The notes beneath the pieces are model-generated. The model saw nothing but the letters and a program-made list of their open reading frames with translations, had not been told where the DNA came from and searched no databases. A stretch of DNA of 61,486 nt, the filler included, from Choristocarpus tenellus KU-1152 (lineage: Eukaryota > Protista > Phaeophyceae), in the NCBI GenBank assembly GCA_964200185.2. It is 10 parts of 10 records of this genome, joined end to end, with 100 filler letters (N's around TTAATTAATTAA, not from the genome) between each part and the next. Parts side by side here need not be neighbours in the genome. Positions count along the whole stretch, not along the records: positions 1 to 9,385 come from CAXNAD020003723.1; positions 9,486 to 18,098 come from CAXNAD020004528.1; 8 more parts are not named here. One strand, given 5' to 3'. Positions 1 to 11,760 of the stretch are shown in pieces; within the stretch, counting starts at the first letter, position 1; every line of letters begins with the position of its first letter. The position numbers were made by a program, and so were the translations under genes.

Positions 1-170
1 TCTGGTACGGGGGGGGAGAATCTACACCAGTGTGTCCATTTGGATCAAAATCAGGAAAATTGCATTTTCACTATCCATCCAACGTATGCTACCAAATCAC
101 CAAATAATCGTTAACATGAAGAAAATGACCCCAAAAGGACAGCCGCTACCCCCCCCAAATACTTTGAGTC
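1..170 (+). mobile_element. MITE family B copy (left end cut by window edge)
   Basis: G-run, TCTACACCAG..GTGTCCATTTGG internal motif, right end CCCCCCCAAATACTTTGAGTC; alignable by eye with 14076-14270, 20818-20997 and 28961-29144. Confidence 0.85.
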
Positions 171-409
171 ATATTCTTGACAGCATATGTTCATAAGTTC
201 TTCACGGCCTGGAACAAAGATCCAGTGACGACCAAAAACGATCTTTTTGTTCTCTTATTTTCATAGTAATGAAGGTTACAAATTTAATCATTCAACATCA
301 GTACAATCTATCGCATGTACGCGTATAAGAATTTGCCTTCGACATTTTGGACAATTTTCGAGCAGAGAGGCCAAGACAAGTGGATGGATCTCTGTTTGAG
401 CTGGGATAA

Positions 410-760
410 TCCTAGAGTAGACCTTTCTGGGCAGTGGACTAGACTAATGCAGCATATACTAGACATGGTCTGGACGTGTCAGAGAAAGTTAGACCGGCTA
501 GTGGACATGGGCTCATACAATCCCTAGTGGACATGACCTGGACAGGTTAGAAAAATTTGGAACTGGTCCACCTGGCAGACATAGACCGATACAATCCCTG
601 GTAAATACGGTCCAGACATAATAGACCCAGTCTGGTACAATGACTAGGAGACATGGACCGGAACATAGCAGAAAATGATGGGACTGATCCAGCCAGCGGA
701 TACGATCCGGGACATGACCGAAAATTGTGGGACTGGGCCGGCCCGCGGACGGGACAGTTC
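410..760. repeat. Degenerate tandem array built on a GACATG(G/A)(A/C/T)C..GA-like unit
   Basis: Recurring GACATGGTCTGGA / GACATGACCTGGA / GACATGGACCGGA / GACATGACCGAAA and TACAATCCCT units. Confidence 0.45.
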
Positions 761-3469
761 TCGTTGGCGAACCCAGTGAAGCCCCCCTGAAGTAATTGAG
801 ACTGACTCTTGTTCAGCCTCACTTTCCTCGCAAAACTGACCTACAGTGTTGTGTATCCTGGAGTATTTGCTAAAAGACGCGAAAGGATGAGTATTTTGAA
901 CACTTAATGCCCAATACTCCAGAGTATAACATGATGTATGTATCGCCCTTGACCTGTCCCAGTGGTTGCTTAAAGCATGCACGCATTATTCACAGTAACA
1001 ACACAGCGAGCATGCACCACATAAAATCGACATTATCCATTCTTCTCCTCTCAGTGGTTGTGCCAAAAAGATCGATCACATTTGTGAGAGAGAATGAACG
1101 TAAGTAAGGACAAGGAAAAATAACCCTGAGGGAGAACAGCTCAGACTCCCTGAACGAGAACAACAAAAGAAAGAATTGAAGAGAAATAATGAAACGTGCA
1201 TGAAATTCAAACTTGTTTTGTAGTGTTGTATCTAGGTTATTTTCGAATTGTCTGTCGTTTGTTTTTTGTTATCATTAGCATGGTGACGCTAGGTATTGGA
1301 CTGTTTGGTCATCAATTAAAATCAAATCCAGAAATGAGTAGCCTCAATAAATCTGGGTTCTTCATCTCCATGGGGTTGCAAACCAGATATCAACGCAAAT
1401 CGGAGACTGACACGAAGGTTCAATGTGACCCCCTTTTTGACTTCGGCACAATTCTCACTGCTTGAGTTTGGCAAAGAGGAAACAGATTGCTGGCGAGCTA
1501 TTCCTGCTTTGTGTAAAGATGGAAGAAATCCCGATAGGGAGCTGTTTTTCCACTGGGCTTCGTCGTCATCCAGTTATATGTTCGTATTTTGGTACTCAGT
1601 CACCAACACTCTCTGTTGGAGATTTGCGACTGGAGGACCTCCAGACAAAGGCTCGCCCAGGGCTGAATTGTCTGAGACCATATCATACAGACCACCATCC
1701 CTACTTTTTTCCAATGAGGTCATAATCTCCTAGGCCAGGGATCTATCTGCTATGTCCAATAATCTGGTTGTAAACGTGTGTGTCACAGTGACGATATCAT
1801 CCTACACGAATATGTCACGATACAAAACAAGAACTTTCGGAGACATACACACTTCTTAAATCCTGATACTAAATATACTTAGTGCAAAGAAAATGTATAC
1901 CCCTTTTTCTACACCACCAGGAGTATGCAATGACTGCAACCAGTGCATGACAATTTCACACCTTTCATCATTTCCCCACCCTCCACTGGTCTTATTTAGA
2001 TAGTGTTACAGCTAGGTCAGGACTTGTGCAACCTGTTTCTTCCGGTTGGCTCTCTACTTTGCTGTTGCGGATTGTTCCTCCATCTTCTTGCCGTATCCTT
2101 CTTCCTCTTGTGCAGCTTTCTCTGCTTCAACAATGCAGCCTTCCTCTGCACGTTCTGGTTCAATACAGAGCCAGTTGCCACCATAGGCAGGGGGGTGGTC
2201 CCCAGCAATATTTTTGCGAGCACTTCATGAGCCTCTGCATCACACTTCACCCTTTCTTCTCATTGATAACATTCGCAGAAGAGGCTCCAGAACCAACTAC
2301 ACACATAGGAGGATTACTCCCTCGCCAATGTGCAGTAACTAGTTGTGGTGTGTCCTCGGCTAAAGCTGCTAGACATCATAGCCCATTAGAGGTCTATGCA
2401 TAGACTTCACCAGTGTATAAGAGCTGGTCATGCTGTGACCTTCTTTAATGCTGCTGTGTAATCCATTGGTCATCTCCATGTAGCCATCGTCAGTACCTAG
2501 GCTGCCCTTTATGGATGCTGCCGCATCATACCTTACTTTATGACACCAAGCATATCCATTCTCTATTGCAAAATTACTGCTGCAGTCATCCTTCCATCAT
2601 CAAATGCTGTTGTTGTCCCCCTTACAATCCTCCTGCCACATACACAAACTCTGTCTTGGGACGGTATCCTTTCAAGTACTCAGGAGTAGATATCAAGCAA
2701 CTACCCCAAAAAACAGAAAAATATAGAATAATCAATGTATCCCATGCCAGGACCATGACAGCCAACATATACAAAACAAATCACCCCCTGGGCCCGCAAT
2801 TCATATTCTGGGGCTTCAGGTACATACAGATAAGGGGTGTGTATATCCGATAATCATTACAACTATCACCTACTATACTACTACGCACAGGAATATGCAG
2901 AATCATGAACAAGGAGAATACTAACTCCAATGGGAGGCAGTGTGTGATTTGGGCTACAAGAGCAACATGCCCGCGAGGGGCAGGTCCAGGATCTTATATT
3001 AAATCAAAGGTGGAATTAATCTAAAACTCAAAATATCCATATTTAATATTCCTTGCAGCAGAATTTGTATAGCCCTCCAAATTAACTTGATTAGTTCCTG
3101 GTAAGAGCTCTTGAGTATGTGCATGGTATTGTCAAAGCCCAGTCTTGTATCAGAGAGCAAGCACACACTTATCATCTGAGAAACGATTGCCTTGGCACGC
3201 ATTCTATCTTTGAAATGTTATCCATGGGTAGCACCTATTTGGATACAGGTGCATGTTGTTGTTCCACAACTAGCTTACTCGATAGATTGGGGTTTATCAA
3301 GTTCTGCTCCTTAATATATGTACCTCAAATGAAGGCCAGGATTTGATATTGCAGGAACACTTCTCCTATGCATCCTCACTAGAGAGTCAGCCATACACTC
3401 CAGTAACCGGTTTGAGATACCAGACACGCAGTCAGTTGATCTTGTGCGCACTTTGCATTGATATTGTCT

Positions 3470-4529
3470 TTAAGACCCTGTTGCACTGCCACCACATCCT
3501 CCATGCTTAGTTCCGACGTAGAGCCAGAAAGACGATAGTCTCTCAACCTCAACCCTCCAGCCCTTAGCCTCCTGCAGCAGAGGCAGGGCTAGTCCTGGTG
3601 GGGTGAAGGACACACAAACCCAACGCCCCCCTGCTTGCAGGACACGCACCAACTCCTGTGCCATGCGGGGCAAGTACCAATCAAAGGCCTCCGAGCATGC
3701 AATGGCATCCAACGTACCCTTATCAATGGCGGCATGGAAAGAGTTACTATCGAAAGTCATGTTGCATACATCCATTACAAGCCAGCTCATTCCATTGTGG
3801 CCACCTCCGCCTGCCACTAGAGACCTGTTCCGTTCCTGGCACCTCTTTATGCACTCGTCAGAGTAATCTATGTTTGTGATGTTGGTCCATCCATGGTTGT
3901 GCATACTGAAGCAGGGAATTGAGTGAGCACCAGGTAGCATGTTGGTGTGTGTTGCCTTCTTGTGTTGCGTGTTTTGAGAAACGGTACACTGGTTAGGTCA
4001 AGAAGGCAAGCAGGTTGGTCCACTCACATTGATTCAATCTCCTCCATAGATGCTGACCATGCCAAATAGTTATTGCACTCTACTTCCGTTGTGACGCCTT
4101 CTTCCGTGTCTACCTTGGAAAGAGCAGGTTTCTAGGATAGAACTATTGCACTCAATGAATCTCTTACCTCTCACTCAATGTACTGGTTCCGCACCCAACC
4201 ATCAAGATAGGAGTGGATGAGTCAGGGTGAACTAGTAGTCGCTCCAGGGGCTCCAGCAGGAGGTCGAAAGTCAAATGCCACTCTGCCGTTTTGGAGTTGG
4301 AGGCGTAGAAGTCGTCCCAGTACGTCCGAAGAGAAAGATCCTGCATGAGCAAGCTCCCTTGGTTTCCAAACGAACCTGTCCCTACCAACTGACCATGTGC
4401 GGAACTCGACGCCCTTGAGACGCCACGATCCCAACAAAATTCAGACCTCGTAATTCTTTGACTGATAGGGTGATAGCTTACCCCGAAAGATAACAAGGAG
4501 ACGGCTGTCCAAGTTGAAATTACTACCAT
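3470..4529 (-). CDS. Class I SAM-dependent methyltransferase, METTL13 N-terminal/EEF1AKMT4-like; exons 4529-4168 and 3905-3470
   Basis: YWDDFY...EW, motif I ILMVGCGTSTLSE, ITNIDYS, MDVCNMTF, IDKGTLDA and RVLQAGG. A GT-AG intron (4167-3906) joins the two ORFs in frame (phase 2). Start codon 4529 is inferred. Confidence 0.85.
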
Positions 4530-6725
4530 AGTATCGTGTTGGTTGTTGGTTATGTGATGGTAGGATAAACCTGCACCAAGTACAACGCTCAGCCTAGCGA
4601 GATGTCTCTCTCTTAACCATTTTAGAACTTTTAAGCACTGTCTAGTCAGTGACGGTTGGCGAATACTTCGAAGTATAAGATTTTGATGCCTCTTGTGCTT
4701 TTCTTGACTTCGATGAGTATCTACCTGTTTATTGTAATCTTTATGCAAAGGGCCGACCTTTCAAGCATGCTTGGACACACACATAAAACCATATATACTG
4801 ATCATATGACACCCACTCGCCCTGCTACCATCGGCATACCCACCACGAGCAGTCCATGTTACTCCCATGGGGGTTCAATATCATAGATCAAAGTAGTACT
4901 TCGACAAGAATGTTGGATAACTCTAAAACTTGAGGCAGATACATTGTTGGCAAGGTCATCTATTTCTTCATGATGGGGACTTGACTTAAATAATAATAGT
5001 ACCAATAGTCACTCATCTGAAAAAACCCGCAGTGTGCTTGCTTGTAAGTTTTGCACATATATAATAAGATGAGGCCAGCAAATTAGGGAGGTCAATAATG
5101 CCAAAAAAATCTTGCGAGACCTGTATTACTTCGCCTTTCTTCGCATGTTTGATAGGTTGGTGGTGAGTGGGAGCTTGAACAGGACATCCAGTTTAGCGTG
5201 TTCCCAGATTGGCTGGAGTTGGGCCGCAGATTATGCATCATGAGCTTTAACTCCACTAAGTGGAAGGGCAATCAATGCAGCAAGATGGTAGTCAATATTT
5301 GTACTAAGTAGTATCAACACCGATGCAGACTGGACGAGACAATTACTATTATTACTCTACTACTACTGGATGGAATACTTGAGCGCATGCCACAACAACA
5401 ATATAATACTTACTAAGCATCGAAACGATTAAAGAGCAAAATTTGCGTAAGTAGTAGAACTGTCTCTGTATATATATTGTGCGTGCCGTGCCAGTTATCA
5501 CAGAAGGAACTAAATACCTGAGGAGATGAGTAATTCAACACCATACAGCTTTTTCAAGACACAAAGGAAACGAGAGGCACCCAGGTTAGGCCGTTTTAAA
5601 TTTTAACCCATTTTTTTGATCTTTTACAATTCACCCTTTTATTTCTATGGATGAAGTGCTAAGATTGACCTGAGGGATTTGGTTTCTCTGGAAAATTTTG
5701 ACATAATTAAGAAAACTCCCTACACGCATTTATACAACCCCCCAAATTTTGCACATATTTTTGTCAGCATCCTTAAAATGCAACCCCATGTACCTCTCCT
5801 TTACTCATTCACTACTTCTTTCTACCTCAACAAGTACTATTTAGTTGTCGTGACATCTGTTGTGTGCTTCGTGCAACACAACAAAATGATCTCGAATGAA
5901 CACCCACCTACACCCACCTACATACATACACTACCGTTACGTCTTTTGTCTCTGTTGTTGTGGAAACGAATACTGATTATGGCAAACAGTACCAAGCACA
6001 TTATAATAGCTGCTCCACATTTAATTTAATCTTCATCAATCTTCGGCATTGATTGCTGGTATTAATATTATGAGGAAAATATGTTGCTTACTTACATATT
6101 ATATATGACTGTGTGTAGCAGCTGGACTTAATCGATCATTTCCCGACTGAATTCAACGAAGGTACTAGGCACGCACAGCTTTTCCTTCCTCTGGAGTTCT
6201 CCCTGAGAAAGTATCCACTGCACCAAAAACAATGAGATCACACACACAAGAGGGCACCAACTACCATTTCCTCTTGACGCATTCTAGTATTGACACATCT
6301 TGGTTTGACCATTCCTCTCCTAAAAACGTGCAGCAATTACACCATGGTGAAGAAGTCCTTCCTTCTACTGTACAACATGTCGCAAGTCCTAATGACAACA
6401 ACTAGCACTCATGTTGCCCACTCCCTCTTGCTCTTACAACCTTTTCTCATTAAACCATCTCTCAGCTTTCATTCGGGCTGAACAAGAGAACCAGGAACTA
6501 ACGAGAGCAACGCAAAATCAACGTCTTCTGGATAGAAAAAGGAAGTGGCATATGACCACTAATGGCACTGCTGTTCCCTCTCGACCATATCTATGCTCTT
6601 GTAGTAGAGTGCAATTACCGCGATAAGTTCAAGACTGTCCTGCATTGAAAAAAACACAAACCCATCAAACGGACAGGAAACTCTTGACTGACAAGAACAT
6701 TTTCAAAAAAAGCAAACGACCCAGA

Positions 6726-9385
6726 TCAAAGTCGCTTTGGCCTGAGACTGGAGGGAATGACTAGGCCTGCAGCAAGAGGTAATTTCATCATCCCCCAGCC
6801 CTGCTGCCCCTGCCCTTGATTCCCTTCCCATCCTTGGTCTGGTGTCTGCTCAACACCGTCCATCCCTTGATCCCCCAGCTCACCAACCTCCTTACTAGGG
6901 GGCACTGCTTGCCCTTGCCTCTTCTCCCTCCACCCCATTGCACTGGTCTTAAATCTAGATGCCGTTGCAGATTCTCCGGTATCAGCCCTGCTAGTCTGGA
7001 CCCTTCCACCAGCTGCATTGAAAGTGGCATCCTCCTCACGATCCCATCCACTCTCAACAAAGATGCGAAGCTTGTTGTCTCGTTTCTGTCGCCTCTTGCG
7101 AGCTGCCTTCAGCCTCCACAGACCACTCATGACTTCCCTTTGCTGCAGCATGGCAGCAGCTCTTGCTGATGTGGCGGTCACATCACCCACCCCCACTGCG
7201 TGTTCTCCTGTCTGATTGACACCAACATCGCCATAAACCCCGTCTGACTTTCTGGTGATCCTCTGAAGCTTGGAGGGATAATCCTCAAGGCCACCATGAC
7301 CCCTTTCAAGACCCTCTTCTTGGCCGATGAGCTCAACAGTCGCCCCCCTTCCAGGTCGAACACTTATTACACCAGACCCTAAAGTCTCAAGCAGTGCCTC
7401 CGGTGGCTGGGCTGGCATTGGTATTGATGGCTGCCGTTCAGTCCACAGAGAGGAAGACACGGGGACATCTGTTGGGGATGGGTCCAGTGGTGGTCCAGGC
7501 AATTCGTGCCCAGCAATAGCTGCTATGCGAACACCTGCCCCCTTCAAAGCTTGCCGCTCCTTGACAGCATTTCTCAGATTGTCAAACAGGAGAGATGCAG
7601 CAGTCCTGTCAGTCGGATTCACAAGCATTCGGAAAGGGAGGGGTGNNNNNNNNNNCCATTTTCCAGATTGTAAAAAAGGGAGGAGGCAGGCCGCCTGGCC
7701 GGCGGATTCAACAGCCGTGGGAAAGGGGGGGGGGGGGGGGGGGGGATGTCGATTTGAAGGAGCTATGTAATGTTGCATGGTTCACGGGTCGCCATTTTGG
7801 AGGTGTGGGGATATATTTTGAAAACAATGAGACGTGCTAAAATATATGATAGGAATAAACAACCATCGGTAAGTATTGGTTTTCAACTCCCTCTCCTCCT
7901 CTCTCTCCGATGCCAAAACGACATTGTGGCAACCAGCCTGTAGCAAAGGCAGGGTATTGACAAGAGGAAGGCCAACCAGTTGGCTGTGGGAAAGGGGGGG
8001 GGGGTTGACAACGCAAAATAGGGAAGAAAGTGCAGAACCTGAACCTCCTATTTGGCATGTCCTTATTATTCAGTTCAGAATACTCAGTATCAATATCCAT
8101 TGGGATGGAGTGCAGTACAAGTTCCTTCCTGGGCTGAAAGGATAAGTACACAGTAAGTACTTACCATTATAGTTCCACAGACAACTGTATCTCTTTCAAA
8201 AAGTACTGCTAGGATCAAGAAAGGGACTCTGGTTCCCTTGTCCACCTAATGCCAAGAGCAAAAATGTAGACATTGATATTGGCTCCATAGATGTGATGCA
8301 TTTAAGTTGGAGGCCTTTAAATATGTAGGCACCACCAACAGTTCATTTGCAAGGTCCTCCTGTGAGCAAGGCAAGAGTTTCCAATCCAACACTTGAGGGA
8401 AGTGTCAACCACTTCTCTGCCTGACCAATTTCCCTTCGTGGTATTGGAGTTTAGACTTGTAGAGTTCACTTGGAGGTGTTAAATGACATAATACTAATAT
8501 CCAAACATGTATGTTGCTACTTGAATACCACTAGCGACTTGCTATCCGACACCCTGTTTCATTCCAGTGCTCTTTACTAAACAGCTCCAGAGCCGTCTTT
8601 CGAGACCCCAAACACAGTGCTTTTTGTATGTATTGTAGCCCCTTCCTACCATCTTCCTCCTGTGGTTGTGTCACTAATAACTCTTCGGTTAGTTAGGGTT
8701 AGGGTTAGGGCAGAGCCCTAACCCTAGTCAACCCTACAATAATCGTGAAAGAAGAATGCGATGAACTCTTGCAAGTAGCCCCCCAGCGGCCAATCATTGC
8801 TCCAAGAGCCCAGAAAAACGCTCGATGAATCAAGAGCAATGCAACCTCTACTCAATCGACCAGGACTAAGTACTATTCCCTCAACAATTGTTTCAATCGT
8901 GGTTGGCTCATCATACCGGTGTATGTTGGTGTCATATGTGTATGTATCCAGCATCGCCACAATCACATCCCGGAACTCTCCCAGGCTGTTTCCTGCATGA
9001 TCGGCAAGAACCTTTTTCACAATCGATGGCAGTGGCACATAACCTTGCAGACAGAAGAGCATAGAGGACAGCATCACAAGAGCTCATTTAGTGCATGCAA
9101 GGCCTTGGCGTTGCTCTATCTCACTTGCGCAACCCTCCTCCCCCCTAGAGCCTTCCACATGCCATCCACAACCCAGCCGCTATACTATAGGACATTCTTT
9201 TGACTACATGCAAGGTCAGACAGAGACTTGTGCTCAATTTGACAGTACATTATAGTCTCACATGCATTTGCAACAGCATTGGCTTGGTAATGAGTCCGGA
9301 TGTACTTCCCCCCCCCCCCCCACCCCTTTACCTATTATACCTGACATACTGCTGAGAGTTCGCTGGAGCAGGGTGTCCAACACCC
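6726..9385 (-). CDS. Multi-exon protein of unknown function, 5'-truncated by spacer; predicted exons 9385-9341, 9043-8733, 8659-8543, 8245-8165, 8133-8045, 7605-6726
   Basis: Phase-compatible splice sites give one reading: ...SSMSG|YVPLPSIV...FHDYCR|EEDGRKGLQ...TGCRI|VDKGTRVPFL...GTIM|PRKELVLH...MPNRR|TAASLLFDNLRNAVKERQ... No family recognised. Confidence 0.6.
8693..8726. repeat. Interstitial telomere-like repeat, (TTAGGG)3 facing CCCTAACCCTA
   Basis: TTAGGGTTAGGGTTAGGGCAGAGCCCTAACCCTA read directly. Confidence 0.9.
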
Positions 9386-9485
9386 NNNNNNNNNNNNNNN
9401 NNNNNNNNNNNNNNNNNNNNNNNNNNNNNTTAATTAATTAANNNNNNNNNNNNNNNNNNNNNNNNNNNNNNNNNNNNNNNNNNNN
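9386..9485. other. Artificial contig spacer N44-TTAATTAATTAA-N44 (also 18099-18198, 21010-21109, 36510-36609, 40300-40399, 44063-44162, 47722-47821, 51969-52068, 56188-56287)
   Basis: Nine identical 100-nt blocks with a six-frame stop linker embedded in Ns. Confidence 0.97.
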
Positions 9486-10717
9486 GAGGGGGGGATACTG
9501 GCAGTCCATATGCTACTTACAGCCTACTAACCTCACCACCCAAAGCAACAATAACATCGCACACACCACGAACAATGTATTCACTCATCCATTACCTCTG
9601 ATAAGAATTCCTATTTTTCTGCTTTGACACGCTGCCCTAACAACCTGATTCAACAGCAAAAAAGAACCCGATCATGGTCTAAACTTCTTTGTGATAAAAT
9701 AGAACAATCATACATGATCAGGTGGGCAAGACAACATGCGCATGGAACGTTCCGCTGACACGGAGGAATTTTAAACACAATTTTTAGCCAAGTTCAACCT
9801 ACAATACAATACTAGTAGAAGATCAGCAGGGAGTGTCAGTTTGAACAGGATTTGGATTCTTGATAAGATGCATCATAATCTCTTCTGTTTTATCTTCCAC
9901 AATTGACTGCCGCAAATTCTGTGTAATTCCTTTTTATCCTGGTGATCGGTCATGAAGCTATTGGTCTTGTTCTTGGAGTGAGGATACAGCGAATATACTC
10001 ATGTAATGCCTTTCAGATACATTGGCAAAGAATTTCCAAGGAGGTGAAGCATATCACTAGAGGTGGACAAGGAGGACAGGGGCAGGAAAGCAGAAAAACT
10101 TGCAATACAAAAATGGGCACACAGAGGATTATGAGTAGTCAAGGGGATAGCTGACCTAACAAATTCCAAGCGAAAAAAGGAGGTGCATAAATAGCAAAAA
10201 GGTGAAGGAGGAATGAACTGCAAAAAAAAGTACAACTCAGAAAGGAGGTGAATGGGAGGTAAATTGCAGTCACACGGCAAGTTAGATACGCAAGTGCAAC
10301 TGAGCAAGGTTCTTTCAGCCCTCAGACACAAGTGGTGGACCGATTGAAGACGAGATAGATGGATAAGATATGTATGTATATGTTGAGACGTGTTCCCGAT
10401 ATACCTATCCCTCAAGGTGGAGTGAAAAGCTCTTGGTTAATTGGACTAGTGGCATAAAGTGTCAGTGGTACGCAGCAAGTAGCAAGAGAAAACACAAAGC
10501 ATATTCCAAAGGAGTGAGATGCAGATATCGGAATAACATGCAGAGGTTGACAAGGTTTGGTTTGAACTTGGAGGGGCGAGAACATGTAAGCGTTGGATGC
10601 ACAGACGGACTTCAACCCGTGACACAGCGTTGAACCCGTGCCCCCAGCGCCTATGTGTAATCTACCGCAGATATCACACAAAGAAAAGATCAATTTTCCT
10701 TTCATAATGCGTATTAC

Positions 10718-11391
10718 CTTGGATGCACTCCCAGTTGGTTGGTCTTCTCTGTCCACTATGATGCACTCTTCTGCCATCATTGCGGCCTGCTCAGCATCAA
10801 GTGCACCAAGCTCCTCATCGAACATCCCACCCGATCTCCCAGCTGGTGATCCCTCCACTCCTACTTTGGCCCATCTAGATGAGGGAAAGTTGGTCGTTCT
10901 TCTCCGACGAAGTCCATCGACTGTGAGTGGAGATGGTGGTAGGGTACAGGTATTCGGTTGGCATATCCCGCCATGTAATACATACCAGGATAGCCTTGGA
11001 CTTGGGGAAATGTTTCACTCCACCGACGAAAATCTACCCCCTCGTTAGCTTCCACGAACATTCCAGTATGCTGTCACAGTTGTCAGACATAATCTACTTC
11101 GATGAACATCAACACAACAAACTTCACATTTCAACGATGATTGCGATAATAAATGGAAGGACCCCAAGAGTTAGGATCTTCATAAATACCTGAGGATGTC
11201 CCCACCCTCCCATGCAACCGAGGGAAGACGATATCATTGAAACAACAAGACTGCTTGGCAGTTGGTGTGGAGAGAAAAAAGCTCCTTACTGGTCGCACAC
11301 ATGATGCTATCAGCAGGGCCAACGCCCCTCTAGCGACATTTATAGGTGTTGCCCTTGCAACATAGAAGTTCATGAAACTGAACGGGGGCAT
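10718..11391 (-). CDS. IDI: Type 1 isopentenyl-diphosphate delta-isomerase, 5' part with bipartite plastid presequence; exons 11391-11189 and 10920-10718; catalytic exons not found in this contig
   Basis: LDAEQAAMMAEECIIVDREDQPTGSASK is the typical IDI1 N-terminus, followed by a GT donor. The upstream exon has hydrophobic GALALLIASCVRPVRS then FFLS, and joins in phase 1. Confidence 0.75.
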
Positions 11392-11760
11392 ATCGAAGCA
11401 CCTATATCCTCCCTGGATTCGGAGAGACCGATTCTTGGGTGCAAGTTGAGGTCGTGATTGCTGTTTCAGATATAGAGGTAGGTAGATGTTGTAAGTTGGT
11501 TCTACTTGACTCTGCCCCAGAGCGCTACCAGGAAACCAACAACACCACGCAGCGCGCGCTTAATCGCGCAGCCAAGCGAAGACCCACATGAACCCTCTTC
11601 GATACGTTCTTGCTGCCTTCCTAGCAGAGGAAGGACTAGAACCCCCTATTAGTCAAGGCTAAGCCCGGCCAACTCTGGACTGGTAGGGGAGTGTCCCCAG
11701 GATTCTCTTTGCTGACAGGGTGGGGATAGCGGCGTCGCTTCTCCCTACTCTGGCAATACT
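11392..11760. promoter_or_regulatory. Probable bidirectional promoter between IDI and the 2Fe-2S gene
   Basis: About 370 bp between divergent ATGs; locally CpG-rich with the perfect palindrome AGCGCGCGCT at 11551-11560. Confidence 0.45.

Noticed and set aside
1196-3360. Decayed gene or retroelement (similar tracts at 52600-53340 and 56600-57520)
   Set aside because: Fragmentary frames without diagnostic motifs; cannot be supported without a homology search.
7646-7778. Poly-Pro N-terminus of the 350-aa ORF
   Set aside because: Comes from an intronic G homopolymer and a 10-N gap; the exon more plausibly starts at 7605.
9430-9441. TTAATTAATTAA recurring nine times as a biological repeat or recombination site
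   Set aside because: Always centred in exactly 88 Ns; an assembly linker with stops in six frames.
10412-10717. C-terminal part of ORF 10412-10858 as IDI sequence
   Set aside because: Similarity stops at the GT donor after GSASK; no HRAFS or CCSHP motifs follow, so this is intron read-through.
6726-11391. Fusion of IDI with the downstream minus-strand gene (like diatom IDI-SQS)
   Set aside because: Separated by an artificial spacer, and the downstream exons show no IDI or squalene-synthase motifs.
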